A stretch of DNA of 50,205 nt, counting the filler, from Dirinaria sp. TL-2023a (Eukaryota): the NCBI GenBank assembly GCA_051941275.1. It is 2 parts of 2 records of this genome, joined end to end, with 100 filler letters (N's around TTAATTAATTAA, not from the genome) between each part and the next. Parts side by side here need not be neighbours in the genome. Positions count along the whole stretch, not along the records: positions 1 to 25,063 come from JAVEBF010000177.1; 1 more part is not named here. One strand, given 5' to 3'. How positions within the stretch are numbered: the stretch's first letter is position 1; every line of letters begins with the position of its first letter. A program made the position numbers and the translations under genes. The notes under the pieces were generated by a model. The model made no database searches, had not been told where the DNA came from, and was given only the letters and a program-made list of their open reading frames with translations. This document shows positions 9,557 to 21,100 of this stretch, piece after piece.

Positions 9557-11588
9557 AACATTTAACTTTTTGATTTTTGCTTTTTTTTTTCTTTTTTTTT
9601 GGGGGCTATTGGAATTTGATTTTAAGAGGGAAGTCGCACGGTATATTTTTAGGTGCTGGTTCTGATTCTTTCAATCTGCACTTGGGCATTCTGTTGACAG
9701 TGGGCCAACTACGACTTTTCGTCGCCTGATCTCGAGCTTTCTTGTCAGATATCTAATGACAGACAACAGAGCCGAAGCTTGAGATCGACTCTTCGCTGCA
9801 ATTATCTAGATCCTGTCGAATCCATAACTAAGGCACGGCTGTGGTCATTGAGGTGCAGTAAGTATCAAGGCTGCTCAAGCGCATTACTTCTTTTCATGCC
9901 ATCGAGCTCGGTTTGCTTCACGTTTTCACTCGGTGGGTTTCTTTTGTGCGTATCTCACATCCTTAGCTACCTTATGTCCAAGGTAGGAAGGAATCCAGCT
10001 TCACTCTGAACGAAGACGCCATCCTTGTCTCTCTGCTGCGTAGTGATGGCCTACACTTATTTATGTTTTCCTTGAACTTAGACAATGGTCTTGGTAGTCA
10101 TTCACTCGACTGAAGAAGGGGATCTGCTCATGCGAGCCCGAAATGACGATCTAATCCAAGGCAATAAGATTTTGGCATTCGTATCCACAAGCTTCGAAGC
10201 TGCCAACGCAGCTGTGAGGGATGTTATAAAGACCACTTTTAGGCAATCATCAAACACTTCGACGACCAAAGATGATCGATTGCAAGAGCCAGGGATTCAC
10301 AGTAAAAGCGCAGTCTCGATGAAAGGGTTCACGGTGCGATGGCTTTGGCTGCTGCACATGGGATGGTTTGAGATGAAATCTGAGCGGGCAGATGATTCTG
10401 TTTGTCCTGGAAGCCCTTGATAGAATAAAATATTCGTGTCTACCTTAATTCTTGACAATGGGTGGGCCAGTACTTGACAAGCATGGAGATTTATATTTTG
10501 ATCTTAAGATGGACGGATTTGAGGCCGATAAAGCAGGGTTCTGGAATAAGCTGAAGCACGCAATGGGAATAACACGAACGCTCAACTTTATATTACTTAA
10601 GGGGTGACGGTATGGTAGGGTATTCTAGCTTACTTGAATGCTATTGCGTCAAACGGCGAAATTAGCGGAGCAATACAAGATTCGCAGAAGCAAGAAGCAG
10701 GACAATGATTTTCTTCCTGGCGACCACCTCACTGTTGTCGATGCTGACCGCATGTGCAATGATTTCTACATGTCAAGAATACGGGCCTTTCTTTGGTGAC
10801 CGATATGCCATGAATGCCAGAACGACTTCGCTCACCGCTGTTCACGGAGATGTCTATTGAGCACGTCTTCTGGTGGAAATCCGCTACTATCTAAGGATAT
10901 GACGTTTCTTCACTCGGTATATTCAATGGTAAGCAAGAAGAAGATCAGCTGTCAGAATCCATCGGTCCTGAAACATTGCTAGATCTGAACCACGGCGAGC
11001 CATACTTGCTGGATTACAGTCTATCAATAGTCCCTCAGCTAGGAACTAACGTAACATGGAAAGCTTTGGGCGTGCTTGCAAGCGAACCCACCCCATTCTA
11101 TGTTTCTGGTAATGTGGGACTTTATCTTACGATATACAAGTAAGGATCCATATCTCAGGCGTGCCACGAAGAGCTCTTGGGGATCTAATCATTATCTCCG
11201 GCGTATCACTCTTCAGCACGAGAGCCAGGATTGGATTAGTGTTCATTGACTACTCACCGGAAAGATCTTTGTTGGCGCGTATTGGAATTCGACGATCACT
11301 TTCCAAGAAGATTAGGATTAATAGTCGGCGAACCTCCACCTCTTCATGAAAATGGTGAGCATGGGAGGCTCAGCACTGACGGGGGAGCCAAAGCATTGAT
11401 TTCTAGTGGAGATTCATAATGGTTCATCAGTCGTAATGCTGACTTACTGTGACCCGGTCCTCGGCAACTGCGAGCCGAAACTAGCCGCGCAAGCATTTTT
11501 CATAAATCCCAGCTTTGCAGACATATTGTGTCTACCAAAGAGAGAAATATCTCAAGCTTGGCATTTTGTGTGAGCAGAAATAGTCCAT

Positions 11589-12539
11589 ATGGCAACATTC
11601 GCGTGCGATGCCCTAGTCGACGATCGCAGGGACCAAAGTGGCTAACACGGGACTTGCAGCAAGACTACTTTCTCTCATGCATCATACGCCGCGTTCCGAC
11701 CGGCTTATCCGCCAGCGCTCTACAACACCGTACTCAAATACCATCGCGGAGCTCAGTCTTTGTGCGTTGATCTTGGCAGTGGCCATGGCATTGTAGCCCG
11801 AGCATTGGCTCCCTCGTTCAGCCAAGTCCTTGGCACAGACCCGTCAAGCGGCATGGTCGAGCAGGCCAGAGCTTCAACCCCGATCCATGACTTTCCCAAT
11901 GTAAGATTCGAAGTAGCGCCTGCAGAAGACATGCCCTTCATCAAGGACCACTCGGTCGATATGGTCGTCGCGGGTCAAGCGGCGCATTGGTTTAATGCCT
12001 TCACTTTCTGGCCCGAAATGAAGCGAATCGTAAGAAAAGGTGGCACCATTGCATTATGGTGCTACACGGATCCTACTTTTGTAGACTCTGCCAAAGCCTC
12101 TGAAGTGCTCATGCATTATGCATACGGCGATAACGAAAGGCTCTTAGGCCCTTACTGGGAGCAGCCGGGCAGATCCAGAGTCCAGAACAAACTAAGGGAT
12201 CTCCGTCCGCCAGAAAATGATTGGGACGATATCCAACGCATCGAATACGAGCCAGCTACCACTGGATCCAACAATGGAGAAGGCACAAGGTTCCATTACG
12301 ACAGGATGAAGTTAGGTGACTGCATGAGGTATGTAAGGACGTGGAGTTCTTTCCATGCTTGGCAGGAGAAGTACCCGCGAGCCCGAAGCCGCCAGGAAGG
12401 CGGAGATGGAGACGTTGTTGACGAGATGTTCGAAGCAATGGTCTCATCCGAGCCGCAGTGGCAGTCTGGCGACGACTGGAAAGAAAAAGAGGTTGACATG
12501 GAACGCGGAAGTGGCTTGCTTCTGGCCAGACGAAAATGA
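11589..12539 (+). CDS. Class I SAM-dependent methyltransferase, trans-aconitate methyltransferase (Tmt1)/Crg1-like, about 297 aa. Exons 11589-11602, 11660-12539
   Basis: Intron 11603-11659 (GTGCGA..GCTAAC..CAG) restores the N-terminus MATFAKTTFSHASYAAFRPAYP. Motif I VDLGSGHG, GTDPSSGM, VDMVVAGQAAHWF, YVRTWSSFH. Confidence 0.88.
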
Positions 12540-13210
12540 TGCCTTATTAATTTTTTTAAGGACGATAGATTTCCACTCTAGATCTCCAGCGTCATTATCA
12601 ATGCGATCAACTAGTCTGCTTAGGAAAATCCAAAGAGAATATTTTTTGTAATGCGTAGATGTGCGAACCGCCCAGGACCGTCTATGAATATCTAGCAATC
12701 TCACAGATTACACTTTATGCAGCATGGAAAAATCCGACACTCACTTCCCATTATCAAATTAAAAGATAAATCTGACTTGACCACGTCGGGTATCTCTATT
12801 TCTGATGATATAATGAGCGACGATTGTCTCAATTTTTTCCCCTGGTTGGGATGGTGTTAAGATCGTCAGGAACGTAAGAAGGTGGTGAGGTTGAGGTTAG
12901 TTTTTTTAGGAAAGAGCTGGAGTTCGCGTTCGTGGAAGAGCTGCGAAGCCTAGCCTTGATGATAGCCTTTTTCGGGTACTCATCCTTCGGGGCTACCAAG
13001 TTTTGAGTCCCTGATTGTGCGCTGGATGACCGATATCTATGAAGGTCAAGTTGCCGGTGTAGTGATGGTCGTTCAGTTATCATCCGAATGACTGATAGCA
13101 GTATCACCTGCTGCTGAGGATGTTGCAGCTTCAGAAGAGGTCAATGGCCCGTGGACAAACTATGCTTGCATCGTGAACATGCTGCCGTTGACGAGATTCG
13201 TGATTCGAGA

Positions 13211-13738
13211 TCATAGCTTCTCTTTCTTCGCCAACTCGCGCGCTTCGTGCAAAGCCCAATCGCCGTCCACAAGCACACACCACCCTTCTCCGCCATGGTC
13301 TTCGTTGCCCCCAACCCCGGCTTTGAACTCGCTCTTCGCATACTGCAGACCCTCTTCATCAAAGGTTCCAGGCTGCAACCATACCGCAGGAACACCCACT
13401 TTCTGGGCCTCTTTCAAGATCTGTAAAGTGACCGGTGGCGGGGTGATGATGCTGAGAGACGTCTCTGTCGGGTGTGGGAGGGCAGACGGCGAGGCTACGG
13501 TGCTGAATTCTGTAGAGGATACTTTGATCGTGGGAGTTGATGGAGTGATGGGTTGGACGGGTAGAGAGCGCGACTGGTACCATGCGAGGACTGGAGTCGC
13601 AGAGTGAGCGGAGTTGTAGGTATTTGACGGGCACTGAGATTTGTACAAACCTTTGTACCCGAATTTCTGTGGGTTTTGGCTTGCACCCGCGACTGCGAAG
13701 TACGGCGACGAGAAGAATACCTTTGCTGCTGTTTCCAT
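13211..13738 (-). CDS. Small CoA-binding (Rossmann-fold, YccU/CoA_binding_2-like) protein, about 155 aa. Exons 13738-13651, 13590-13211
   Basis: FAVAGASQNPQKFGYKVLAWY, VQPITP, LSIITPP and AVWLQPG match the CoA_binding_2 pattern. In-frame 60-nt intron 13591-13650 (GTTTGT..GCTCAC..CAG). Confidence 0.85.
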   Translation of the reverse strand: METAAKVFFSSPYFAVAGASQNPQKFGYKGLYKSQCPSNTYNSAHSATPVLAWYQSRSLPVQPITPSTPTIKVSSTEFSTVASPSALPHPTETSLSIITPPPVTLQILKEAQKVGVPAVWLQPGTFDEEGLQYAKSEFKAGVGGNEDHGGEGWCVLVDGDWALHEARELAKKEKL

Positions 13739-13959
13739 TGTGGCGTTTCAGCGATAACTGGGACTTACAGGGCCGATTGAATGGAAGTTCGAGTTGTCCA
13801 GGTTAGCGGATGATAGTGTGGGGGTAGTAGACGAAGGCTTCGATGCCATGGCAACGCACGACTTGAGTACGCGACGTGAAACCCCACCATCTCGGGCTTT
13901 TGAAACATCCCCAGCATTCCACTCCACGTACCAAGACGGTTTCATATCGCGATACCATC

Positions 13960-15222
13960 ATGTCTGGCTCCTTCTCTTTCGAGAAGTCTTCTCAACCTCC
14001 AATAGACCTTCAGGTCGGTGCGAACGTGCATATCTTTCAGCCGCCGCGAACGCCCTCCGCATCCACCTTACTCTATCAATCCACCGATTCATCAGCCTGC
14101 AGTGATGCAGACCAACACCAAAAACGAAAGCGTCCGCGTTCTAGCCTTCACGCAGCAGAACCGAGCAATGACTATTCCCTCTCGAAAGAAAGATTCGCCC
14201 TTGAAACGCCCTCTGCCGTGAGCCCTGCACCGTTTGTAAACACAAGATATACGCTCGCTGGTGGCCTTGACACCCCCACAACCGCCTTATCTTCAGCCAA
14301 TGAATATGCTATGTCGCCAGATTTGGGCATTCGGGGCGGTAGAGGCTGGCGCATGAGCACCGGGTCAAGCCCTGAATCATACTTCCCTCACCTTTTAACA
14401 GAGGGAAATGGCAGGCCAAGGGCTCGCAAACCATCACAGTCAAACAGCTGGGGAAGAACAATGTATAACGTCGTGGGCGTTGCAGGCAAAGTCTGGGAGT
14501 TCTGTAGGACGAATGCTTTTAAAGGCTTCTACGCCGGCGCCGGACAGGGCTTTCGTATGCCACAACTGACACGCTCGATAGATGCAGACGAGGACGTTTG
14601 GCAGTCGTACAATGAGAAAGACGATACAAACACATGGGAGCGAGAGACGTCAATACCGGGTGGTTTTCCGGCCGAAGATTTCATACCGGACTATATGTCG
14701 CAGCCAAGGCCTGCAAAACGTATACAAAGAGAGAAAGGGGAATCTGACTTAGGCGCAAGCTGGGTCATGGTAGGCAAAATTCCGTTGTCACGCGAATCCA
14801 GCCCAACAAGAATATCGGCGCGCAAAGTCCCCTCTAAAGCGTCCCCAGGACGAAGACCAAACACTAAAGCCGGACATCGACCAATTCTCCCTGCTTCGCG
14901 ACCATCTCTAACCTCTTTCGCGGGCTCGCCGGGCCTTCGCCCTGGTGGTCCAGCCTCCTTCGCTCCAACCAGATCACCACTCTCCAGTCCTCAACAGGAA
15001 AGGCCTGTAAGCGCGGATGTACAGATGCATGCAGCCAGGATGCGAAAGCGTGAGCTGGAGGAGGAAGCCAACCTTAAATGGTTTAACCAGCGACTGAAAG
15101 CTATGATTAAAGAGGGTAAGGAAGCTCTGGGAACCAAGTTCGAGATCGAGGACGATTACAATGGTATGGTCGATGAGGGGTACGCGGAGGGAGACTTTGT
15201 GGACGATAAGGAGAATAGCTGA
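13960..15222 (+). CDS. Hypothetical fungal protein, S/P-rich and largely disordered, with a C-terminal coiled coil (420 aa)
   Basis: 1263-nt ORF from the first ATG (13960). It has conserved-looking blocks (NTRYTLAGGLDTP, VAGKVWEFC..FKGFYAG, FNQRLKAMIKEGKEALGTKFEI). No function recognised. Confidence 0.75.
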   Translation: MSGSFSFEKSSQPPIDLQVGANVHIFQPPRTPSASTLLYQSTDSSACSDADQHQKRKRPRSSLHAAEPSNDYSLSKERFALETPSAVSPAPFVNTRYTLAGGLDTPTTALSSANEYAMSPDLGIRGGRGWRMSTGSSPESYFPHLLTEGNGRPRARKPSQSNSWGRTMYNVVGVAGKVWEFCRTNAFKGFYAGAGQGFRMPQLTRSIDADEDVWQSYNEKDDTNTWERETSIPGGFPAEDFIPDYMSQPRPAKRIQREKGESDLGASWVMVGKIPLSRESSPTRISARKVPSKASPGRRPNTKAGHRPILPASRPSLTSFAGSPGLRPGGPASFAPTRSPLSSPQQERPVSADVQMHAARMRKRELEEEANLKWFNQRLKAMIKEGKEALGTKFEIEDDYNGMVDEGYAEGDFVDDKENS

Positions 15223-15521
15223 AAGGTAGGAATTTTCAGCAGATCCTGATCCAGCATTAACGACTGTGTAACTGCATGGTCGGCGCTCGAACACGGTCTG
15301 CAGAGGGCTTGTTGGCCCTGAAATGGCAGTCGAAAATGGCGTTGGGGCAGCGGATTATACCCAAGATTAGAAAAGGTCGTGCACTTGCGGAGGGCGCAGG
15401 TAAACCTTATCCGTGCCGACTCTGTCTTGTCCAGGTTTTCGGAAAAGCTTCAAAGCAACGAGGCGCGTACCCACTCGCGTTCCGTCATAGTCAGGTCACA
15501 TTCAGGAACGATTTTTGATTG

Positions 15522-15993
15522 CTATTTTGCTGAAAATCTCTGCCCTTGTATGACAGGTCCACCGCTATTGGATTTCTCTTTGGTCAGACTCTTGCCGCAC
15601 ATGGCGCAAGCTGTGAAGCTATTAGCTGCTGATTGAGACAGATACTCGAGGTTTAATCTCACCGTTTGCTTTGTAGGCGCAGCGCTGGCAGTACTTCTTC
15701 CCTTCATCTGTTTTCGTTTTACATGTTGCGCATGAACTAGCGTAGGCGGCGTATGGATTCTTTGCACTCTTGCTCAAAAGTTTACTCTGCGGTTGTAACT
15801 GATCAGTCATGGATTCAAGTGTTCGAATGTATCTTCATACCTTCCCAACCCCTGTTGAGCCTGCAGTGGCAGATGGTTTGCTCTTATCCTTGGCTCCAGC
15901 TGTCGGGGAGCCATAGTACATCTCATTTTTGCGTTTGACATTTGGTGTGGCTAGAGATGTTTTCTGAAGCTTCTGACATTTGGCGCAGACCAT
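15522..15993 (-). CDS. CRIPT: CRIPT-family cysteine-rich microtubule-associated protein, 121 aa. Exons 15993-15841, 15786-15663, 15610-15522
   Basis: Spliced product MVCAKCQKLQKTSLATPNVKRKNEMYYGSP...GVGKSKLLSKSAKNPYAAYASSCATCK...YCQRCAYKANACAMCGK with four CxxC pairs. Canonical introns 15787-15840 and 15611-15662. The ORF track misses it as a single ORF. Confidence 0.88.
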
Positions 15994-16530
15994 TATGAAA
16001 GCTTGTAATGCTTCGAACGTAGTATTGCAAGTCTTTGACGAGGTTATGATACCTTCAGGTGGCAGATTCAGCAGGTATTCTAAAGCACAGGACCTTCAAT
16101 CCCCCTTGCGGATGACGGACCGGTTCAGCCGTTAGTGTCAACATCGCCTATTGCCGCTCGGCTATGTCGAGGATCGCGGTTCGACTTTCCTCCATAAAGA
16201 AAGGCAATGAGGACGAGTAACCTAAAACAGCTGCAGCAGTCCACTGCATAGTGAGGCAGCAGTCCTCGGAAGAATCATCACAGAAAATCTCATCGCTCGC
16301 TCGAAATACTGGACTGTTTGTGTCTCTACAAAACCCCTGTTCCGGATCTCGTTACGCGGCTTACTATCGAACCTCTATCCATCGCGGTCGCGAGTAATAT
16401 TCTCAGTAGGAGACGTAATCAGGCGTCGAGGATCAAGAATGCGCAGGAGGAGGATCAACATTGCAGATGCTTCAAGCTCATAGCATTCTTCATAGGTGTT
16501 CCGTTCTGATCAACCAAATCATTCTCAATC

Positions 16531-19500
16531 ATGGCTGGCAGGCCGCCAGGACATCCCGCCTCTCCATCCCACGATGACGGTCTTCTCTTAGATCTCGACG
16601 ATCAAAGCCCCACGTATCGCGACGGAAGACCACCGCCTGTTAATGATGAGAATCTGCTCCGCCAATACAATATCAACAGCTCAGACAGCCCACAACCTCG
16701 ACCATCGGAATCTTACGATGACTTTGTTGGCGCGCAGCACTCTACATCCGGTTTACCTGGAGGTCCAGATGCGCCGCAACAAGGGCAGCCACGCCCTCCG
16801 TACTTGGGTACGGATAATAGAACCTACTCTCAGACCTCCGGCCTCAACAATTACCAACGATATTCCGATATGGATGACTTCCCGGAGGACGACAATTCCC
16901 TGAGGGGAACATTCTATCAAGATGGAGGGCAGGATGGTAGTCCAACAGTCATGGGAGGTGGCCGTGCCCGGAACCGAAACAGTGTTCTTAGTATGGGTGG
17001 CGGCATCATGGGCAGAGCCAAGAACATGCTTGGAATGGGTCAAAAATACTCGGAGATGGACATGCCCTTACGGGAGACCCCCACTGGCCAACAAAGGGCC
17101 GATAGTACTGTTACTGATCAGCCGGTCAAGTCGACGAGTCGGCCAGGGTTTCATCCTGGTGGCTTCAAGTTCGGATTAGGCAGGGGAAAGCCAGATCCTT
17201 CGACGCTCGGTCCACGAATAATCCATCTGAACAACCCCCCGGCCAACTCTGGAAACCGATATGTTGATAACCATGTATCCACCGCTAAATACAACGTCGC
17301 TACATTCCTTCCCAAATTCCTCTTCGAACAGTTTTCTAAATACGCCAACTTGTTTTTCTTGTTTACCGCAGCCCTCCAGCAGATACCTAATATATCACCC
17401 ACCAATCGATATACCACCATTGGGCCACTTATTGTCGTGCTACTGGTATCCGCGGGCAAGGAATTGGTAGAAGACTTCAAGCGCAAGAACTCTGATAAGT
17501 CTTTGAATCATTCCAGAGCTCGGGTTCTGAGGGGCTCTACATTCGAGAATGTGAAATGGGTCAATGTTGCTGTAGGCGATATTCTTCGGGTTGAATCAGA
17601 GGAGTCATTTCCGGCAGACATGGTTCTTCTGGCGAGCTCCGAACCCGAAGGGTTATGCTACATTGAGACCGCAAATCTTGACGGCGAGACCAACCTGAAA
17701 ATCAAGCAAGCAATCCCGGAGACCGCCAATCTAGTCAGCCCCAGCGAGCTTAGTCGATTGACAGGCAGAGTCAGGTCGGAGCAGCCTAACAGTAGTCTGT
17801 ATACTTACGAAGCGACACTGACGATGCAAGCCGGAGGTGGCGAGAAGGAGTTACCTCTGGCCCCAGACCAATTACTTCTGAGAGGAGCCACGTTGCGCAA
17901 CACGCCATGGATTCATGGCATTGTTGTCTTTACTGGCCACGAGACGAAGCTGATGCGCAACGCCACAGCGACACCGATCAAACGCACCCAGGTGGAGCGC
18001 ATGGTTAACATGCAAATCCTCATGCTGGTTTCGATTTTGGTTGCACTCAGCATCGTCAGTTCCGTGGGCGACCTGATCGTCAGTAAAACGGCAAAGCATA
18101 AACTCTCTTATCTGTACATTAACGACACCAACGCTGCGAAGCAATTCTTTTCCGACATATTCACGTACTGGGTCTTGTATTCGAACCTTGTTCCCATATC
18201 CCTCTTCGTCACAATCGAGGTGGTGAAATATTATCATGCCTTTCTCATCAACTCAGACCTCGATATATACTACGACCGAACCGACACGGCTGCGATCTGC
18301 CGCACTTCATCACTTGTCGAAGAGCTAGGGCAAATCGAATACATTTTCTCCGACAAAACAGGTACACTGACATGCAATATGATGGAGTTTCGGCAATGCT
18401 CAATAGGCGGCATACAGTATGCAGATGAGGTGCCTGAAGATAGACGCGCGACGGAACATGCTGGACCGGGGCTACATGACTTCAACGAACTCCGTGAGAA
18501 CTTGGAAACCCATTCAAGTCGAACCGCCATTCACCACTTCTTGGCACTGCTGGCTACTTGCCATACAGTCATACCCGAAAAGCGCGACGAGAAGCCGGGA
18601 GAGATCAAATACCAGGCGGCTTCGCCTGACGAGGGTGCTCTTGTGGAAGGCGCAGTTATGATGGGCTATCGATTCACAACCCGTAGACCACGCTCTGTAA
18701 CGATTACCATCGACGACGAAGAGAATGAGTACGAGCTCCTTGCGGTATGCGAATTCAACTCAACTCGTAAACGAATGTCAGCAATCCTACGCTGTCCGGA
18801 TGGAAAAGTCAGGTGTTATTGTAAAGGCGCCGATACCGTCATACTTGAGCGGCTGGGCAAGGATAATCCTATCGTAGAAGCCACACTTCAGCATCTGGAG
18901 GAGTATGCGACGGAAGGGTTGAGAACCTTGTGTCTTGCGATGCGTGAAGTGCCTGAACAAGAATTCCAAGAATGGTATCAAATCTACGAGACTGCATCCA
19001 CCACCGTCAGCGGTAACCGTGCCGAAGAACTCGACAAAGCAGCTGAACTCATCGAGCATGACTTCTACCTCCTTGGCGCCACAGCAATTGAGGACAAACT
19101 GCAAGATGGCGTACCTGACACCATACATACTCTACAGGAAGCCGGGATTAAGGTTTGGGTCCTCACGGGCGACAGGCAGGAAACTGCCATCAACATTGGG
19201 ATGAGCTGTAAACTCATCAGCGAGGACATGTCCCTTTTGATTGTCAATGAAGAAACCTCCGCTGCTACGAGAGACAATATAGCGAAAAAGCTTGGCCAAA
19301 TTCGGAGCCAGGTCACGTCCGGTGGGGAGCTTGATACGTTGGCTCTCATCATTGATGGCAAGTCTTTGACTTTCGCTCTAGAAAAGGGTCTAGAGAAGGA
19401 TTTTCTTGAACTGGCAATAATGTGCAAGGCGGTGATTTGCTGCCGCGTATCGCCTCTCCAAAAGGCCCTGGTCGTCAAGCTCGTCAAGAGGAACCTAAAA

Positions 19501-20664
19501 GCAATACTGCTAGCCATTGGTGATGGTGCAAACGATGTCTCCATGATTCAAGCAGCTCACGTAGGAGTCGGCATCAGTGGTGTTGAGGGTCTTCAAGCAG
19601 CTCGCAGCGCTGATGTGGCTATCGGCCAGTTTCGGTATTTGCGGAAGCTTTTGTTGGTTCATGGTGCCTGGAGCTACCAACGAATCTCCAAAGTTATCCT
19701 GTACTCTTTCTACAAAAACATCGCCCTGTACATGACACAGTTCTGGGTATGTTCTGCTGATGCCCCGCAATCACGCGTTCTAACAGTCTTTTAGTACTCC
19801 TTCCAGAATTCATTTTCCGGCCAAGTCATCTTCGAATCCTGGACCTTGTCCTTCTACAATGTCTTCTTCACGGTTCTACCTCCCCTTGTCATGGGCATAT
19901 TCGACCAGTTCATCTCCGCGCGCCTCCTTGACCGCTATCCGCAGCTCTACCAACTCGGCCAGAAAGGGGTGTTTTTCAAAATGCACTCTTTCTGGTCATG
20001 GATTGCCAATGGCTTCTACCACTCTCTTCTTGCTTATTTCGCCTCCGAAGGCATTTGGTATTGGGACCTCATTGGCGGAGACGGTAAGATCGATGGCCAT
20101 TGGGTCTGGGGTACGTCATTGTATACCGCTATTCTTGGCGTTGTGCTGGGGAAAGCAGCTTTGGTCACGAATATCTGGACCAAGTACACGTTCCTGGCAA
20201 TCCCGGGGAGTATGGTCATATGGCTCGCCTTCATTCCCGTCTATGGTACGGTGGCGCCGAAGCTCGGCTTCAGCACGGAATACTACGCCGTTATCCCGCG
20301 CATGTTTACTTCGCCCGTGTTCTACCTCATGGCGGTCTTCCTGCCGGTACTCTGTCTCTTACGGGATTTCTCATGGAAGTTCTACAAGCGGATGTACCGG
20401 GCACAGACGTACCATCACGTCCAAGAGATCCAGAAGTACAACATCCAGGATTATCGGCCACGCATGGAGCAGTTCCAGAAAGCGATCCGAAAAGTGCGAC
20501 AGGTGCAACGCATGCGGAAGCAACGAGGGTATGCGTTCAGCCAAGCAGACGAAAGCCAGGATCGGGTCCTCCGTGCTTACGATACCACGAGGGAGAGAGG
20601 CCAATATGGCGAGATGAAGAGTGGGAGGGAAGGCATGCAGCGGGGGAAGTCACGCAGAAAATGA
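16531..20664 (+). CDS. DRS2: P4-ATPase phospholipid (aminophospholipid) flippase Drs2, about 1361 aa. Exons 16531-19746, 19795-20664
   Basis: DGETNLK actuator motif, PISL, DKTGTLT phosphorylation site, GDGANDV, QQ motif (ALQQIP) and C-terminal autoinhibitory GYAFS. Intron 19747-19794 (GTATGT..CTAAC..TAG). Confidence 0.95.
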
Positions 20665-21100
20665 GGTTCTTATTTTGCAAGGTCATTGCCGGCGTCTGAA
20701 TTGATGTTTGAGGAAGCGTTTGAGACATACGTTCTATTTCGTGTATCATAATTTGGTGGTCGCGGAGGCGAAAACGACTGCGACTGCGAATGCGACAGCG
20801 ACAGAGTAAAAGTGTAATCACACTATTGTTGTTATCGACTGTTCCCTGGCGAATACTGCATTGCTCTCTAGACTGTGTTCCTATCATATCTGTGTGAAGA
20901 ACTGAAGATGTCGCGATCAGATCCAGCTAATGCAGCCCTAGTAGATGCGATAAGCGAGCGGGTCCCTGCATTTTTTGCGTCATCCCAAGTTTTGGTTCTC
21001 CAAGTTTGATCGCGCGGTTGCTCAAGCCACAGGGGGAAAGGGGCAAGCTCACACGGCAACAACCTGGATTCAAGTAAATACTTAACTGCACAACGTTGAT

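Noticed and set aside
12829..13107. 92-aa minus-strand ORF downstream of the CoA-binding gene
   Set aside because: Non-ATG start, no motif, and it probably lies in 3'UTR or intergenic sequence.
16170..16195. GGTTCGA tRNA T-loop-like motif (a similar one lies near 5192)
   Set aside because: The flanks do not form a T-stem or cloverleaf.
19859..20699. 252-aa and 199-aa alternate-frame ORFs overlapping the last DRS2 exon
   Set aside because: Off-frame by-products of the Drs2 coding sequence with no recognisable domain.
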